A stretch of DNA of 64,000 nt from Octopus vulgaris (GCA_951406725.2 OX597826.1:50034001-50098000), one strand, 5' to 3'; positions 12,244-26,530 are shown, numbered from the stretch's first letter. Notes: generated by a model not told the origin, from the letters alone. Made by a program: numbers and translations.

Positions 12244-14614
12244 TAAATTTATTATATATATATATTTAATAACTTTATCAGTAAATACGTGTGTGTGAGA
12301 GAGAGAGAGGGAGAGAAACAAAGAAAGATGAGTGTTTTATGTATGTGTGTCTAGTGTGTATATATGTAGGAATCTGGTATCGAAACGTCTCTGGTGTTCT
12401 TGTTTACAGTTTACTATTTTCTCGTAAATATATATGTTGTTGCTGTTATTGTGATTATTATATTCATTATTATTTTTATTTCATTCTTTTACGTATTTTT
12501 CTTTTCTTTATTTATTCTTTCTGAGATTAAAAAGTACAATAGTTAATGTACAATAACTCAACTACATGGAATCGACCAAAAAATTTAATCTCCACCCCAA
12601 AACCTTGTTCTTTCTTGTTTATTATTCGTTGTTGTCTTATATATATATATGTATGTATTTATTTGTTTGTTCGTTTCTAAATCTCTTCTTCCTTCTCTTT
12701 CTTCAGTTCTCTCCTTCTTTCTTTCTGTCTTCTTTTATTTATCTATTTACGTAACGAACTCTATACACCGCGCGTAATTTGTGATGGAAACGTGCGCTCA
12801 GATTTCCTCGTCGTACTATTTTTTTTTTATTTAGGTGCTTATTTTATTTTTGCTTTGTTTTTCGCTGTCAGCAGTTAGAACGAGGAATTCGCCTATATTG
12901 GCATTATTCAAGGAAAACTGATACACCGGTCACAATTGTTAACTACAAGCACAACACAATAACAACTGAAAATGAAGCTAAAGAAGTTAGAATTTTATTA
13001 GCTGAACTACTAAATGATAACTAATTCAGGCACAAGGCCAGCAATTTTGAGGGGAGGGGGAATACTGCATTTGATGGCATAAAAGACGTACGGGTGGGTA
13101 TATTAGAAACACCACAATTTCAGCAGAGCATATTCGGGATAAAAATGTTTTTATTGCATTAAAGCTTATGAGACCCGACTTCACATCTAGGGCCCAGGAT
13201 GATTTATATTTTATGTGGGGTTCTTTTTTTGTGGCGTGGGTAGGAGGATGAAGTTCCTCTTATATGCTATTGTACGATAGCCGATGGCAGCAACTATTGT
13301 ACTTCGTAGGTACCGAAAAGAACGGCAGGTAAAGTTAACTTGGCTGAGATTTGAACTTGGAATGCCAAGAACAGGGAAAGATACCGCAGGGGATTTTTCC
13401 AACGCCCTAACAATTCTGATAGTTCACCCACCTTAATAACCAATTGTTACTAACTTAGGTAAAAGACCAATCATTTTGAGAAGAAGGGATTGGTCGGTAC
13501 CATTGTCTCACATTCTTCACCAGTAATTTATTTTGTCGTTCCCGAAAGGAAGGAAAGCTAAAATGAACCAGAGTGCAATTTGAACTCAGAACGTAAAGAG
13601 TTGTAAGAAATACCATTAGACATTCTTTTTCTCGACAAACTCGACAACTTAATAATGTTTTCAAATTTTGGCACAAGGCCAGCACTTTTGGAAGGAGGCA
13701 AGACGATTACAACGTTTCCAGTGTTCCACTGGTACAAATTTTATTGCCTGAAAGTATGAAAAACGAATTCAGCCTTGGTGGAATTTGAACTCAGAACTTA
13801 AAGGCAGACGAAAGGCCACTAAACATTTTGCCCGGCGTGATAACGATTCTGCCAGCTCGTAGCCTTGATAAAATGGTTCGTAACTTCGGCACAAGGCTAG
13901 TGCTTTTTAAGGTAAGCAATTAGTCGAGACCATCAACTTTCGTACTTGTCTATTATTCTGTTTTATCGATACCGTAAAGAATGTAAAACGAAGTTAACTC
14001 CGGCGGGATTTGACCGTCTTGACACAGTTTTTGTTTTGACTTTCAAGCACTGTTGTCGATTCCACCTTTGTATTTTCTTATCTTTTCCTTTCCATTTTAA
14101 ATCAATTAATATATTTAGGGTTCCTAAAAGAGTTTCATATGCTCATTTTTTGTGAGAAATGAATGATATAATGTTTAGGACCATTACCCTTCATCCGAGA
14201 GTAAGAAAAAGAAAGGGTGATGGCCCACAACTTAAACGAAAACACTATATTCTTTTCTTTAGTTTTAGATGAAGGGATTAAAAACCAGAAACGTCAGTTT
14301 CTTTGATTTTACATGAACTTATTGAACTGAACTCTTCTACAAACATCAGCCATTTTATCGATCTCTATTTAACCAATGGCTGAGTTTACCTGTAGTTCAC
14401 GAAAGGCTTCAAACACACATATACATGCACGCATATATACAAAGGGAAATATATTTTTGTCCATATGCCAAAAAATGGTTTTAAAAATGTTATAAGTAAT
14501 TTGCATTAATCACTTGATGTTTGAATAAATTTAGTATTAAAATATTTCTACACGTTTTACTTTCCCCGAAGTGCATATATATATATATATATATATACTT
14601 ATATATGGACTCTA

Positions 14615-14666
14615 CATACATACATTACATACATACATACATACATTACATACATACATACATACA

Positions 14667-14697
<31 letters not shown>

Positions 14698-15037
14698 CAT
14701 ACATACATGCAAGCATGCACACATACATGCATACATACATACATACATACATACATGCATGCATTTCATACATACATACATACATACATACATACATACA
14801 TACATACATGCAAGCATGCATACATACATACATACATACATACATACATACATACATGCATGCATGCATGCATGCATACATACATACATACATACATACA
14901 TACATACATACATACATACATACATACATACATACATACATGCAAGCATGCATGCATACATACATACTTACGTACATGCAAGCATGCATACATACATACA
15001 TACATGCATGCAAGCATGCATACATACATGCATACAT
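14615..15037. repeat. (TACA)n/(TGCA)n compound microsatellite
   Basis: Directly visible. Confidence 0.97.
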
Positions 15038-15054
15038 ATATATTTATATATAAG

Positions 15055-15378
15055 TACTGCCTGGATTTGCCTGTACCTATACCTTTATCGAAATACGGAC
15101 CAACCTCCATACCCTCTCAAATAAGATGAACAGTCAACTTTATTCTTCTATCTACTTTTTTATTCTTTTATACACTGAATTCTCTGTCTGGACCTTTCCT
15201 ACATACACACCTTGTCGCTGATGACGGAATACCCAGTGTATGTTGATGCTGACCCATCACATGGGATATCTACGAAACAGCTATAAGACATTAATTACTT
15301 CTAATTCGACTTACTCTAATTGAATAGTCTAGATGACGTGAGATACTCGTCCATCCTTGTTTTTTTTTTTACCTCTAA
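15055..15378 (+). mobile_element. Penelope-type terminal repeat fragment with hammerhead-like motif (15213-15290)
   Basis: tgtc-g|CTGATGA|long stem II (cccagtg..cacatggg)|GAAAC-agctat|a|agaca. Homologous copy at about 62025-62400. Confidence 0.6.
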
Positions 15379-15385
15379 TATGTAC

Positions 15386-15575
15386 CTATTTCTTTATTAC
15401 CCATAAGGGGCTAAACATAGAGGGGACAAACAAGGACAGACATAGGTATTAAGTCGATTACTTCGACCCCAGAGCGTAACTGGTACTTAATTTATCGACC
15501 CCGAAAGGATGAAAGGTAAAGTCGACCTCGGCGGAATTTGAACTCATAACGTAACGGCAGACGAAATACTACTAA
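15386..15575 (-). mobile_element. SINE family A, tail type 2, 5'-truncated
   Basis: Reverse complement closely matches 4420-4602. Confidence 0.9.
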
Positions 15576-15789
15576 GACGAAATACTATGGATCCCTAGCT
15601 CCCGCCCCAGCTGTGAACTTGGGGCCTAATGGATGACCAATTATAGCACTTACACAGCGTACCTATTCGTTTAGATCATCAGTGAACTAAACTCCTCATA
15701 GTATGTGTGTATGTGTGTGTGTGGGCGCGTGTGTGTCTGTGTCTGTATGTGTGTGTGTTTGTGTGTGTCAGTGTGTGTCTGTGTATGTG

Positions 15790-16010
15790 TGTGTGCAAGA
15801 CACTTTATTCCACGTTGCTCCAGTTCACTCAGTTGTAGAATTGAGTTGCGGTGCCAAGCTGTATCAGCCTTTGCCTTTCCTTTGGATAACATCACTGGCA
15901 TGGAGAGGGGAGGCTGGTATGCATGGGCGACTGCTGGTCTTCCATAAACAACCTTGCCCGGACTTGTGCCTCGGAGGGCAACTTTCTAGGTGCAATCCCA
16001 CGGTCATTTT
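15790..16010 (+). mobile_element. SINE-like repeat (family D) fragment
   Basis: gcaagacactttattccacgttgctc is shared in reverse orientation with 48605-48635, where it adjoins a tRNA-like B box (reverse complement ggttcgattcc). Confidence 0.55.
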
Positions 16011-16342
16011 TATACTTGCTGTTTCATTCATTGCAATACGGTCGTGCACCACTTTCTAGTGTTTTACTGTTTATTTGAGTCTAGCACTTATTTTATCGAT
16101 TATTTATGTTGAGCCGCTATGTTACAGTTTTTTTGTAATACCGGTGGAAACACAAGTTCAGGCACACTCACACACACAAATACAGACACACACACACGTG
16201 CATGCACAAACACACACATAAACACATAATATGCATATGTATGTATATAATGGATGAGAAGACGCAACACATGCTGTTACATCTCATACAAATAAATTCC
16301 TGCCAACTATAATTGCTTCTCTATCTTTCCTCTCTATGTTCG

Positions 16343-16385
<43 letters not shown>

Positions 16386-16924
16386 ACACACAAATGCACA
16401 CACACACAAATGCACACATACACACACACACACATACACACACACACACAAATTCACACACACACACAAATACACACATACAACAGGCTTCGGCACAGTT
16501 TTTATGTTCGAAATTCTATTCTTGGAAAACCAAGTTTCAGTCAAGCACCATTAATATATATAGTTATAGCTATTTGATTCCCTTGTTGACTGTTTTTTAA
16601 CACCAAAAGCCGGCAATTGTTTCTTATATTTTCGAACCGCTGCCCAAGTGTAATTTCATTGATATAAGATGAATTGACGAAAGGCAATACTTTTTATAAA
16701 TTTATTACAGCAATGTCTCGTTAACACACCCAGATCAGATTAGAGAGTATTATCGTAGTTTATTTAGCCAACTAATTACTGATATATTTGCTTTTTCCAC
16801 CCTTGTAATTATGGCGTCCAGTAGTTAAAAAAAAAATAGAAGTTTCATACCGTGAATCATAAATGAAATTTGGTTTCAATGGAATAAATATAGGAAGAAA
16901 AATATTGCTGCCTATTGTATCCTC

Positions 16925-17175
16925 GCTGTATTAGGTATCATGGGCAGCAAGATCAATATGTTATTTCTAGAAGATTGGTTTGGAACCCAAAAGAATTAAG
17001 GAGATAACCATGGTAACTGAGAGTAACTCAAACTGGCAATCGTTGACAAGAAGCTGCAGTTGGAACTGTAAGCGAAGATTAATTCAATCCCCTTGGGTGA
17101 GGTATACAGGCTAAGGAGTGAAACTCTTGTGACCTTGAGATTCCTGCTGATGATCCAGTAGGGTTCTAAATAATT
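16925..17175 (+). mobile_element. Degenerate 3' end of an R2-group (Hero-like) LINE
   Basis: KIGLEPKRIKEITMVTESNSNWQSLTR resembles the Hero C-terminus (AE..S.W.W..R), followed by a short UTR ending aaataat. Recognised from memory. Confidence 0.4.
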
Positions 17176-17599
17176 CTTTGTAATTTTGGTACAAGGCCAA
17201 TAATTTTGGGGGAAGAAAGGATTAGACGATTATATCGACCCCAGTACTTGACTGGTATATTTTTTTTATCGATCTCGAAAGGATTAAAAGCAAAGTCGAC
17301 CTGGAAAGAATTTGAACTCAGAACATAAAGATCCGAAAGAAATGCCGCTAAGCTTTTTGTCCGTTGCGCTAATGATTCTGCCAGCTTACCGTCTTAAGGG
17401 TTACAAATAATACAATAGTTTTAATTGCCTTCATTGGAAAAGCTTGTAGCATTTTTGCAACTAGTTTCAGTCGGGTACAAAGTATCTTGATGTTTATTTC
17501 ACCAGGCAAACCATTCGATGACAAAATTTCTGCAAGCAGAAAGTGTTGAATATGAAACTCATGCAACTTGACCAGAAGTGTAGCGATGAAATAAAACAA

Positions 17600-18790
17600 G
17601 CCTATATATTACCTTTATGGTTGCCTAGGGGAACAAAAACTAAATAAACAAAACTCACACAATTGCTGAAAATTTGATCTTGCTCTGCTGCAAAGATATT
17701 GTTTGTTGTTTGTATGTTGGGGAAGAGAGAGCAAAGAAACTGAACAGTCTGCCACTGTCAAATGATACTGTTCGTCGAAGGATATTTGACATATCAGATT
17801 ATATATATAAAAAATAAAATAAGGTAATATTGAAAATCAAAACGGCTACGCTAGATATCTTTACTATCCAACTTGACGAGTTCACAGACATACGGTGTGA
17901 CGCCCTGCTGCTTGTAAACGCAATATATATAAAGGATTCAGATTTTAAGGAAGAATTCTTGTTTTGTCAACCCTTGTGGAGCACAACAAAAGACGACATA
18001 TATGAAGTTGTATCGTGTTTCTTTGTAAAAGAAGCTCTTTATTTAAAAATAAATGACGGTTGCAGAACTGATGGCGCTGCTACGATGCTAGATCGTAGAT
18101 CTGGTTTCTTAGAGAGTCAAATGTCAACTCTGATATTAAAAAAATATACACCACATGATTCCTAGGTATGCATTATGTACGAAAATGCTCAAATCTGTTC
18201 TCGATAATGTTGTGGGCTTGGTGGATTTTGTTAAATCTAATCCTATGAACACAAGAATACTGTATTTATACCGAAAAAGTGTTTCATTACTGAGGATGAA
18301 ACCCTTTTTAGCTTCAGAAATCGAGAGTTGATGCAGTTGCATGAGTTGCAGCGTCGAAGTGGAAAAATTCATTTCAAAAAATTGGAGCGATAAAGCAATC
18401 AAGTTTGCAATGTAATTTTCTGACAATAAATGTAAGATAAAGCTAGTCTACCTGAATTATATTCTCTTACGACTCAGTGCAGTCCGCAAGGCATTTAAAA
18501 ACAACGTGTCTTCATCGATAAATTAAAATCATTCTGGATAAAACCTGAATTGTAGAAAGAATATCTGGAGGCGGTTAGTGCTGACATCTTTGAGAATATG
18601 AATGAAGCTCTACAATGGGGAACAATGAAGATTGTGCGTTAACCGGAAGCATTTTATTTTGTCCCATGATGACGTAGATTCCTGTTCTGACATTTGCAAA
18701 ATGGGCCGTCAAATCATTCAAAATCTCATTAGAACTAGTCCCTGTTGGTTTCAAAACATAGATCTGAGCCCGAATTTTAGGTACGTGTCG
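17600..18790 (+). pseudogene. Decayed hAT (Charlie/Buster, ZBED5/ZBED8-like) transposase
   Basis: HTIAENLIL.CCKDI, LPLSNDTVRRRIFDIS, FTIQLDEFTDI, FKEEFLFCQPL and DGAATML.RRSGF, with several stops and frameshifts. A possible N-terminus (MASS..KFGF) lies at about 16811-16920, separated by insertions. Confidence 0.88.
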
Positions 18791-18814
18791 CGCTTTACAG
18801 AGCTTATATCTATC

Positions 18815-18855
<41 letters not shown>

Positions 18856-19005
18856 ATCTATCTAATCCATCTATCTGTCTGTATGTCTATCTATCTAACT
18901 ATCTATCTATCTTTCACTTCATCTATTTATCCACCCATCTGTCCATCTCCCCTTCTTGCTCTTTCTCCCTCTTTCTTTCTCTCTCTCTCCCTCTCTCTCT
19001 CTTTC

Positions 19006-19049
<44 letters not shown>

Positions 19050-19160
19050 CGCGCGCGCGCGCGTGTTGCATGCTTGTGTGCTTGTAGGTGTCTGTGTGTA
19101 TGTGTATGTGTGTGTGTTGCTGCATATCAATTCTACACTTGTAGAATGTGCGTGTGTGTA

Positions 19161-19247
<87 letters not shown>

Positions 19248-19284
19248 TTATATATATATATATATATATACATACAATTCATAC

Positions 19285-19340
<56 letters not shown>

Positions 19341-19829
19341 CAAATATATTTATATGCATGCATACATTCATAGGATTTTTCTTTTCTTTTTTGGTCACAG
19401 ATAACACTTGATTAAGTAGACCGATGGTCAAAATTTCTAAGCCTCCATGGCCATCTAGTATTATATATTCAGTCATAATTTATTTACTCATGTACCTTAT
19501 GCAATGTACCTCTCTTTTATGACGGTATAATGTGACTTTAGTTTTCTTCGCAGTTCTGTATAAAGCAGGGTCACATGATATTCACTCGAGGCTCCAATCA
19601 ATACTAGGAGTTCGCATGCTACAAAAACAGCGTTTTATAGAGTACACACTGTATCGCAAGTAACCCTAGATATAATATACTTTGAGGTGGAACCCTATAA
19701 GTTTAAAATAATGCCCATGCCAGTAAAATTAGTGACGGAAACAATTAAAGAGCAGCTGAGTTACATGAACAAAGAAACTAACTCGAAAACAAAAAAGCGT
19801 ATATATATATATATATATATATATCGGTA

Positions 19830-19890
<61 letters not shown>

Positions 19891-20014
19891 TGTAGATATA
19901 TTATCGTAGTTCTGACGTAGTGTATTCAACAGAGTGAACCTAATGCTTGTTCATTTCTGTTCATTAATTAATAGCAAAGAAATTGCACCAAAACTATGAA
20001 AGACATTTTCTTTA

Positions 20015-20083
<69 letters not shown>

Positions 20084-20194
20084 CGTTACTGTTGTTGTAT
20101 TGGAATGTGTTAATAGTATTTTAGAGCTTAAACTGTTGATATTAATGAATTTTAATCTATTTACTTCTCCCTTGCCCCTCTTCTCCCCTCTCTT

Positions 20195-20259
<65 letters not shown>

Positions 20260-20421
20260 CCATGTAGTCTCTTCTACATTCTCCCCTCTTCCTTGGTTTC
20301 ATTTTTTCTCTTTTAGAAAAAATGAAACGCAATGAGAGAGAAGAAGAGAGAAAGAGAGAGCTTAAGCTTGATGATAGTGGTGGCGGCAGTACTAGCTTTT
20401 AGTGGTAATGGTGGAGAGGTT

Positions 20422-20462
<41 letters not shown>

Positions 20463-20487
20463 ACACACACGTGTGCGCGCGTACGAG

Positions 20488-20528
<41 letters not shown>

Positions 20529-20617
20529 TGTATATACATACCAATATATTTCACACATATACATATATATTTACATATGCATATATATATGTATGTATTT
20601 ATATATATATATATATA

Positions 20618-20696
<79 letters not shown>

Positions 20697-21293
20697 AGAA
20701 AAAAGCCCAAGTAGTATGGGTACATTTTTCACACGTGTTCGCCGTACGTTGTAATATGTCGTACAAGTGTGGGATTTTTTTCAGTCGTGTAGGAGGAGGT
20801 AGAGACGGGGGGGAAGGGAGAGACTAGGGGTGAGATGAGGGGCTGAGGGTGGAGAGAATATGACTGCTGGGAAGTGATTTCACGGCAATATGGTAACTAT
20901 AGGGATCAAATGGACGAACATAACTCAATCTTAATACAGATGTAGAGGTAGTGTGGGGAGTCAGAGAGAGGGAGAGAGAGAAGAAGAGAGAGAAAGTAAG
21001 ATGTTTGAGGGGAGAGGAGACATAATAAAGAAAGGTGTTATATAAGGGGCGGCGTGATGTAGAGTGGCTGATAGGGAATTTATGAAAAGCCTTCACACAC
21101 ACACACATATATAAACAAACATACACACACACATACTCTTACATACTAATAACAAACAGCAAAAATAGTGAAGTACTGGTTTACTTTATATGTCTATGTT
21201 TGTGTCTATGTATGTGTGTGTGTGTGTGCGTGTGTGTGTGTGTGAGTTTATATGCAAATGTGTATTATGAGAGTTTGTGCGTGTGCACATATA

Positions 21294-21357
<64 letters not shown>

Positions 21358-21685
21358 CATATCTTTATTCATATATATACACAACATATATATAAATACA
21401 CACACATGCATAAATACATATATATATACATATATACATACATACATACATACATATATATACACATAACCAAACAGCCTCATGCATACAAATATGTACA
21501 TATACATGTATATATACGTGTGTATATATATACGAGCATATATGCATATATATATATATATATACATACATATATATGGGGGGGCGGAGTGAGACGGACA
21601 GAGAGAATTAGAAAGTGATAGTTATGATGAGAACGAGGGAGAAGGACATCTTTGCAAAACAAACTAATAATAATAATAATAATAA

Positions 21686-21686
<1 letters not shown>

Positions 21687-21716
<30 letters not shown>

Positions 21717-21860
21717 AAGAAGAAGAAGAAGAAGAAGAAGAAGAAGAAGAAGAAGAAGAAGAAGAAGAAGAAGAAGAAGAAGAAGAAGAAGAAGAAGAAG
21801 AAGAAGAAGAAGAAGAAGAAGAAGAAGAAGAAGAAGAAGAAGAAGAAGAAGAAGAAGAAG
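21687..21860. repeat. Pure (AAG)n tract, about 58 units
   Basis: Directly visible; flanked on both sides by act(aat)n. Confidence 0.98.
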
Positions 21861-24114
21861 ACTAATAATAATAATAATAATAATAATAAAAGACCGTAGA
21901 AACAGTAATGCCTAAAAGATTAATTAACAGGTTTTAGCAAAAAAAACAAACCGAGAGTCAGAGACAAAGTGGCGCTTAAAATGTTGTAAAACAATTTCGT
22001 TTCGTCGAAACTATTAAAACCAATCAATTGAGGCCGAGCAGACGACCGTTGGAGGGAGAGTGAGTGAAGTTGACTGAGAGAGAGAAAAGGGGACTTAAGA
22101 AAGGCTGAGTGAGAGAAAGAGAGAGAGAGGGAGAGAGAGAGAAGTGGGGACGTGTTTTAGTAACTGTATCATCGTTATCATGTATCATATAAGCGCCATT
22201 GCTATCACCACCATCACCAACAACACCACCACCATATTTCTCTACTTCAGAATAATAACACCGCCATTACTGTCGTAACATCTGCAACCACAACGACCAC
22301 CATCGCCATCAACATTATCACCATCACTACCACCATCATCATCATCATTATCACCATCATCATTATCAGCGTTTATATCTCCAATCAGACGTCTAGACAT
22401 TGAACTCCTTTACACCGTCTTAATCGTTTGTTTGTCTTGTTGGCTGGTTGGTCGCCTGGTTGGTTAGATGTGGGGTTTGGTGGTTGGTCGTTGGCTTAAT
22501 GCGTATGTTTTTTACTTGTCTTTTGCTGGTTGGTAGGTCGGTTGTTTCGTATGTTTGGTTGGTTAGTTGGGTAAGTGTATTGGTTGGTTGTGCCTTTTTT
22601 TTTTTTTTCTAGTTTGTTTTTCCTTCAAGAATTACAGACTTGAATGCAATATTATTAGATGTTTTGATTCTTTTATTTCTTCTTGTTGTTTGTTGTTGTT
22701 GCTAATATTATTGTTGTTTTCTTTTTGCTTCATTAATTTTTGTATTTTTTGTGGATTTTCGTTTGTGGATTCTCTCTCACTTCCTCTCTCTCCTCTCTCT
22801 CTCTCTCCCCTCTCTGTTTTGCTCGCTCGCTCAACGCGACACTTGAAAATTACTATAAACAGACATACAATCTCACTATATACTCCTCTATCTATCTATC
22901 TATCAATCTATCTATCTATCTATCTATATATCTATCATTAAATACAGTCATGTACATAGACACACATCTGTATGTGTATATGTGTTAGTATGTATTTAAT
23001 TATCTTATCTTCAATTAATTGATGGCGATTCTTTCTTCTTCTTCCTCGCCTATAATATACATCAAGAAGCGATTCTTTAATTTGGTATCAAGCCGCTATT
23101 AAAATACAATACGTGTGTTTATCTATTTTCTATTTTATCTTTTAAAGCCAGGAAGAAAAGCCCTTCTCCTTGACCATTTACAGAGACTCTGATACTGACG
23201 AGAGGGAAAAAAAAGGAGATATCTTCAAACTGGTCCCAATGCTTGCAGCAGAGTGTACTCTGTTACAAGCACTCAAGGCGCCAGACATTCTTCAAATCAA
23301 GTGGGACAAGCTGGAATTTGAACTCAGAACGCAAAGAGCCGGACAAATATAGCAAAACTACGGGGCCAGTGTCTTTACTGTTCCACCTATCCAACGCCCA
23401 AAGCTGGTTCATTTTCATCGATCTTTGAAGACGGAAAACAAAGTTGACCTCGGCGGGATTTGAACTCAGAACGCAAAACTCGGAATAAATACTGCGAGGC
23501 GTTATCTTATGCTAGAGCAACTTTTAACACTTACTGTTGTTGTTATTGTTCTTACTGTTTAGCCGATAAATCTAATGAAGTAATGTAACCCTGATCACCA
23601 CTATCAACATCAACCCACCATTTTCTAGAGTATTGCATATTTAGAATATTATGTAAAGTTTATCTTACTTTTACAGACAGTAGAGCGTAATTTGAGGGAG
23701 ATTTAGCTGCTATTTATAGCAGGCCATTCGCCCATGGTGAGCTGGTTGTCGTGAGAAAATATCCACAAACATTCCAAAATTCATTCTCCGCTTCGAATAT
23801 GTCATCATCAATATCATTAAAGAAATGTTATTTCTGAAATAATTATATGGACCAAAGAATGTTAAAGAGAATTACGACCACCATTATTAGAAGATTACTT
23901 AAGTGCTGAGCTATAATTTCGATTCTATTCTTTGAATTAGATAGTAGAATAAAACGCCCATGTAGGAGTATTGTGTAAAATATTACAAATAAATATGTTT
24001 ATTTTAATATCAACCTGTGTAGTTTGTCTTGTTGCCTAGCTTATCAGCATGTATCTATGTACACATACATATACATGCATATAATATATATGCATAATAA
24101 ACGTGCGCACACAA

Positions 24115-24141
<27 letters not shown>

Positions 24142-24145
<4 letters not shown>

Positions 24146-24360
24146 TCATCATCAGTAGCAGCAGCAAACTCCGTTTTCCATGCTGGCATGGGTTGGATGG
24201 CTTCATAGTCTGTTTTGGTTTGGTTTCTTTGGCTGGATACCCTTCCTAACGGCCACCACTCCACAGCGTGTATTAAGTACTTTTTACGCGGCACCATCAT
24301 CAGTGATTTCTACGTGGCACCAGCAGCAGTGCTATTTTACGTGACACCAGTATCTACATC
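24142..24360 (-). mobile_element. SINE-like 3' fragment with (ATG)n tail
   Basis: Reverse complement contains gttaggaagggtatccagcc and ccaacccatgccagcatggaaaacgg..tgatgatg, a SINE central/tail-type motif. Confidence 0.5.
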
Positions 24361-24441
24361 AATGCTTTTTCGTGGCTTATGATCTATTGTAACGACTTGG
24401 TTACGAGGCCTGAAAAGTCAAGAAATTGTTGTAGATAGATA

Positions 24442-25651
24442 TGTTTCTTTATTAGCCACATAGGGCTGCACGCAGACGGGACAGATTACAAAGTAGAGCT
24501 TTTCTTTGGGTGGGGGGGGGGGAGAGAAAAAAAAGGTGGGTTAGGTTTTCGATCAACAGGGATCGTAAAAGGGAAAGAAGAAAAAGAAAAAAGGGAAAAA
24601 GGGGGAAAAAGGGAAAAAACGATCAATAGGGATCATGTATCACAGTGTCATGGTGTATAGTGTAAAGGGGGAAGCAGATAAGGTTTATCCGTGGGAAGAA
24701 AAGCCTACGGAAAAGACCACGGTAACCTCGGTCAATGATGTTACATGTTACCACATTTGTTTGCAAGTAGGTAACCCTCTGGTTTAAATTTTCCGGCTTC
24801 ATAGGATTATGCTCAAGGTGGCTTCGTCATTCATACGTGCCATCCTTGCTACATTCACCCATCTTTTTTTGAAACATTCGCTAGACAAAACTTGCCTCTC
24901 TACTCTCACGTTCCTTTTCAAGTGATACTTGAAAAAGTTGATGAGAGATTGACCAGAGAGGAAAGTGCTTGTCTCCAATCCTTTCAGACGCGTCCAACAG
25001 ATACATTCTTTCGCCATAGCCACAAGGATGATGAAAATAGCTCTTCCTTCCCGTTTGAAAGAAGGAGGCGTGACAATATTGACGATAGACCCGGCTGATA
25101 AACTGACTCGTCCCACACGAGTCGTTCGACATAAGCCCACAGGTCGGAAATTGTTGGACACTGTACGAGTGCGTGCAGAACGGTTTCGTCGCTCTGGCCG
25201 CATCTCGGGCAGGTCGGCCTCGTATTTCTCGAGCCGTGTCTGTAGAGCTTATCCCGAACGAGCAGCGCTTCTCGGTAGCACTGCCAGGCCAGGGATCTCT
25301 GGAAGTTGTCCATGGGCCCTGGCCCGAAAGTCGTCCTGAACAGGCGGGTCAGGTATTCCTAGTCGACGTCCAGGTTCGCCCCGAGCTCGTCGTCGTACCT
25401 CCCCTCCACTAATTCCCTATAAAATGCTTGGGTTGTGTTGAAGTCACTCAAGGTCGACCCGGGACGGCATAGTTGCTTGAGAGCAACGCGACACTCGCAG
25501 TGCCATTCGCCCTTCCTCGGCCTCTTTTTGATCCACGACTGCAGTTCGGTCATGGAGACGAGTTACGGGAAAGCGTGCCTCACAAACGGCGACCACCCCT
25601 GTTCACCGTCGTCTACGTAGACCCTGAGATGTCGCAGTCTCAGCGCGTGTC
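24442..25651 (-). mobile_element. 5'-truncated L1/Tx1-clade LINE (ORF2 C-terminus plus 3' UTR)
   Basis: CCHC knuckle TCPRCGQSDETVLHALVQC preceded by W..YREALLVRDKL; the ORF (frameshifted) ends at 24799; pyrimidine-rich 3' UTR with AATAAA. tagatagata at both junctions (24432-24441, 25652-25661). Confidence 0.88.
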
Positions 25652-25746
25652 TAGATAGATAGATAGATAGATACATACATACATACATACATACATACAT
25701 ACATACATACATACATACATACATACATACATACATACATACATAC

Positions 25747-25777
<31 letters not shown>

Positions 25778-25881
25778 CATACATACATACATACATACAT
25801 ACATACATACATACATACATACATACATACATACATACATACATACATACATACATAGATGCATGCATGTATGTATACTTA

Positions 25882-26131
25882 TATACTGTCGTATCTGCGG
25901 AGAGTAATTTTCTTTTTGTACCTTATAATGCAACGCACTCACCGGTAAAATTTCCACTTATTTCTTGCGTCTTGCAACCTTTTCAATAGTCTTGAAGACT
26001 ATTGAAAAGGTTGCAAGACGCAAGGAAAATTTTAGAGAAATAAAGAAGAAAATGAGTGGAAATTTTACTGGTGAGTGTGTTAAATTATAAGGCACTATAG
26101 AGAATGACTCTGCTCAGGCACAACAGAATAT
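25882..26131. repeat. Foldback inverted repeat with a perfect 30-bp/1-nt/30-bp core
   Basis: 25964-25993 is the exact reverse complement of 25995-26024; the outer arms are degenerate. Confidence 0.9.
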
Positions 26132-26483
26132 GCTTCAACACACGAACTCACATAGAGAATCTTGCAAACCAAATCCAAAACTTATATAGTTTTTTGTGTA
26201 ATTACAGCAAGTTTAAATTTGAGCGTAACTTAAGAATATATTTATTCCATATGTTTACATGAAAAATACAAATACAGCGATAGGTATTCAGAGAATTAAT
26301 GTTTTCGCATTATAATTCAACTGAAAATATATTGATCTATGTAGTCTTGGGGGGGAGTTTGATATATATAACGTATAAACGTATATAGAGATGGAAGGAA
26401 GAAAGGGGAAAAAGGAATTACATGTTGTTTCTTGACTTTTGTATAGAAAAAGGGGTTTATGTGTATACATACACGCACACACA

Positions 26484-26530
<47 letters not shown>

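Noticed and set aside
17115-17156. GAAAC...CTGATGA as a permuted hammerhead
   Set aside because: Too few bases lie between the putative cleavage site and CUGAUGA to form stem I, and stem III register is off.
17830-18165. Domesticated ZBED5/ZBED8-like host gene
   Set aside because: Multiple stops and frameshifts on both sides indicate a dead transposon.
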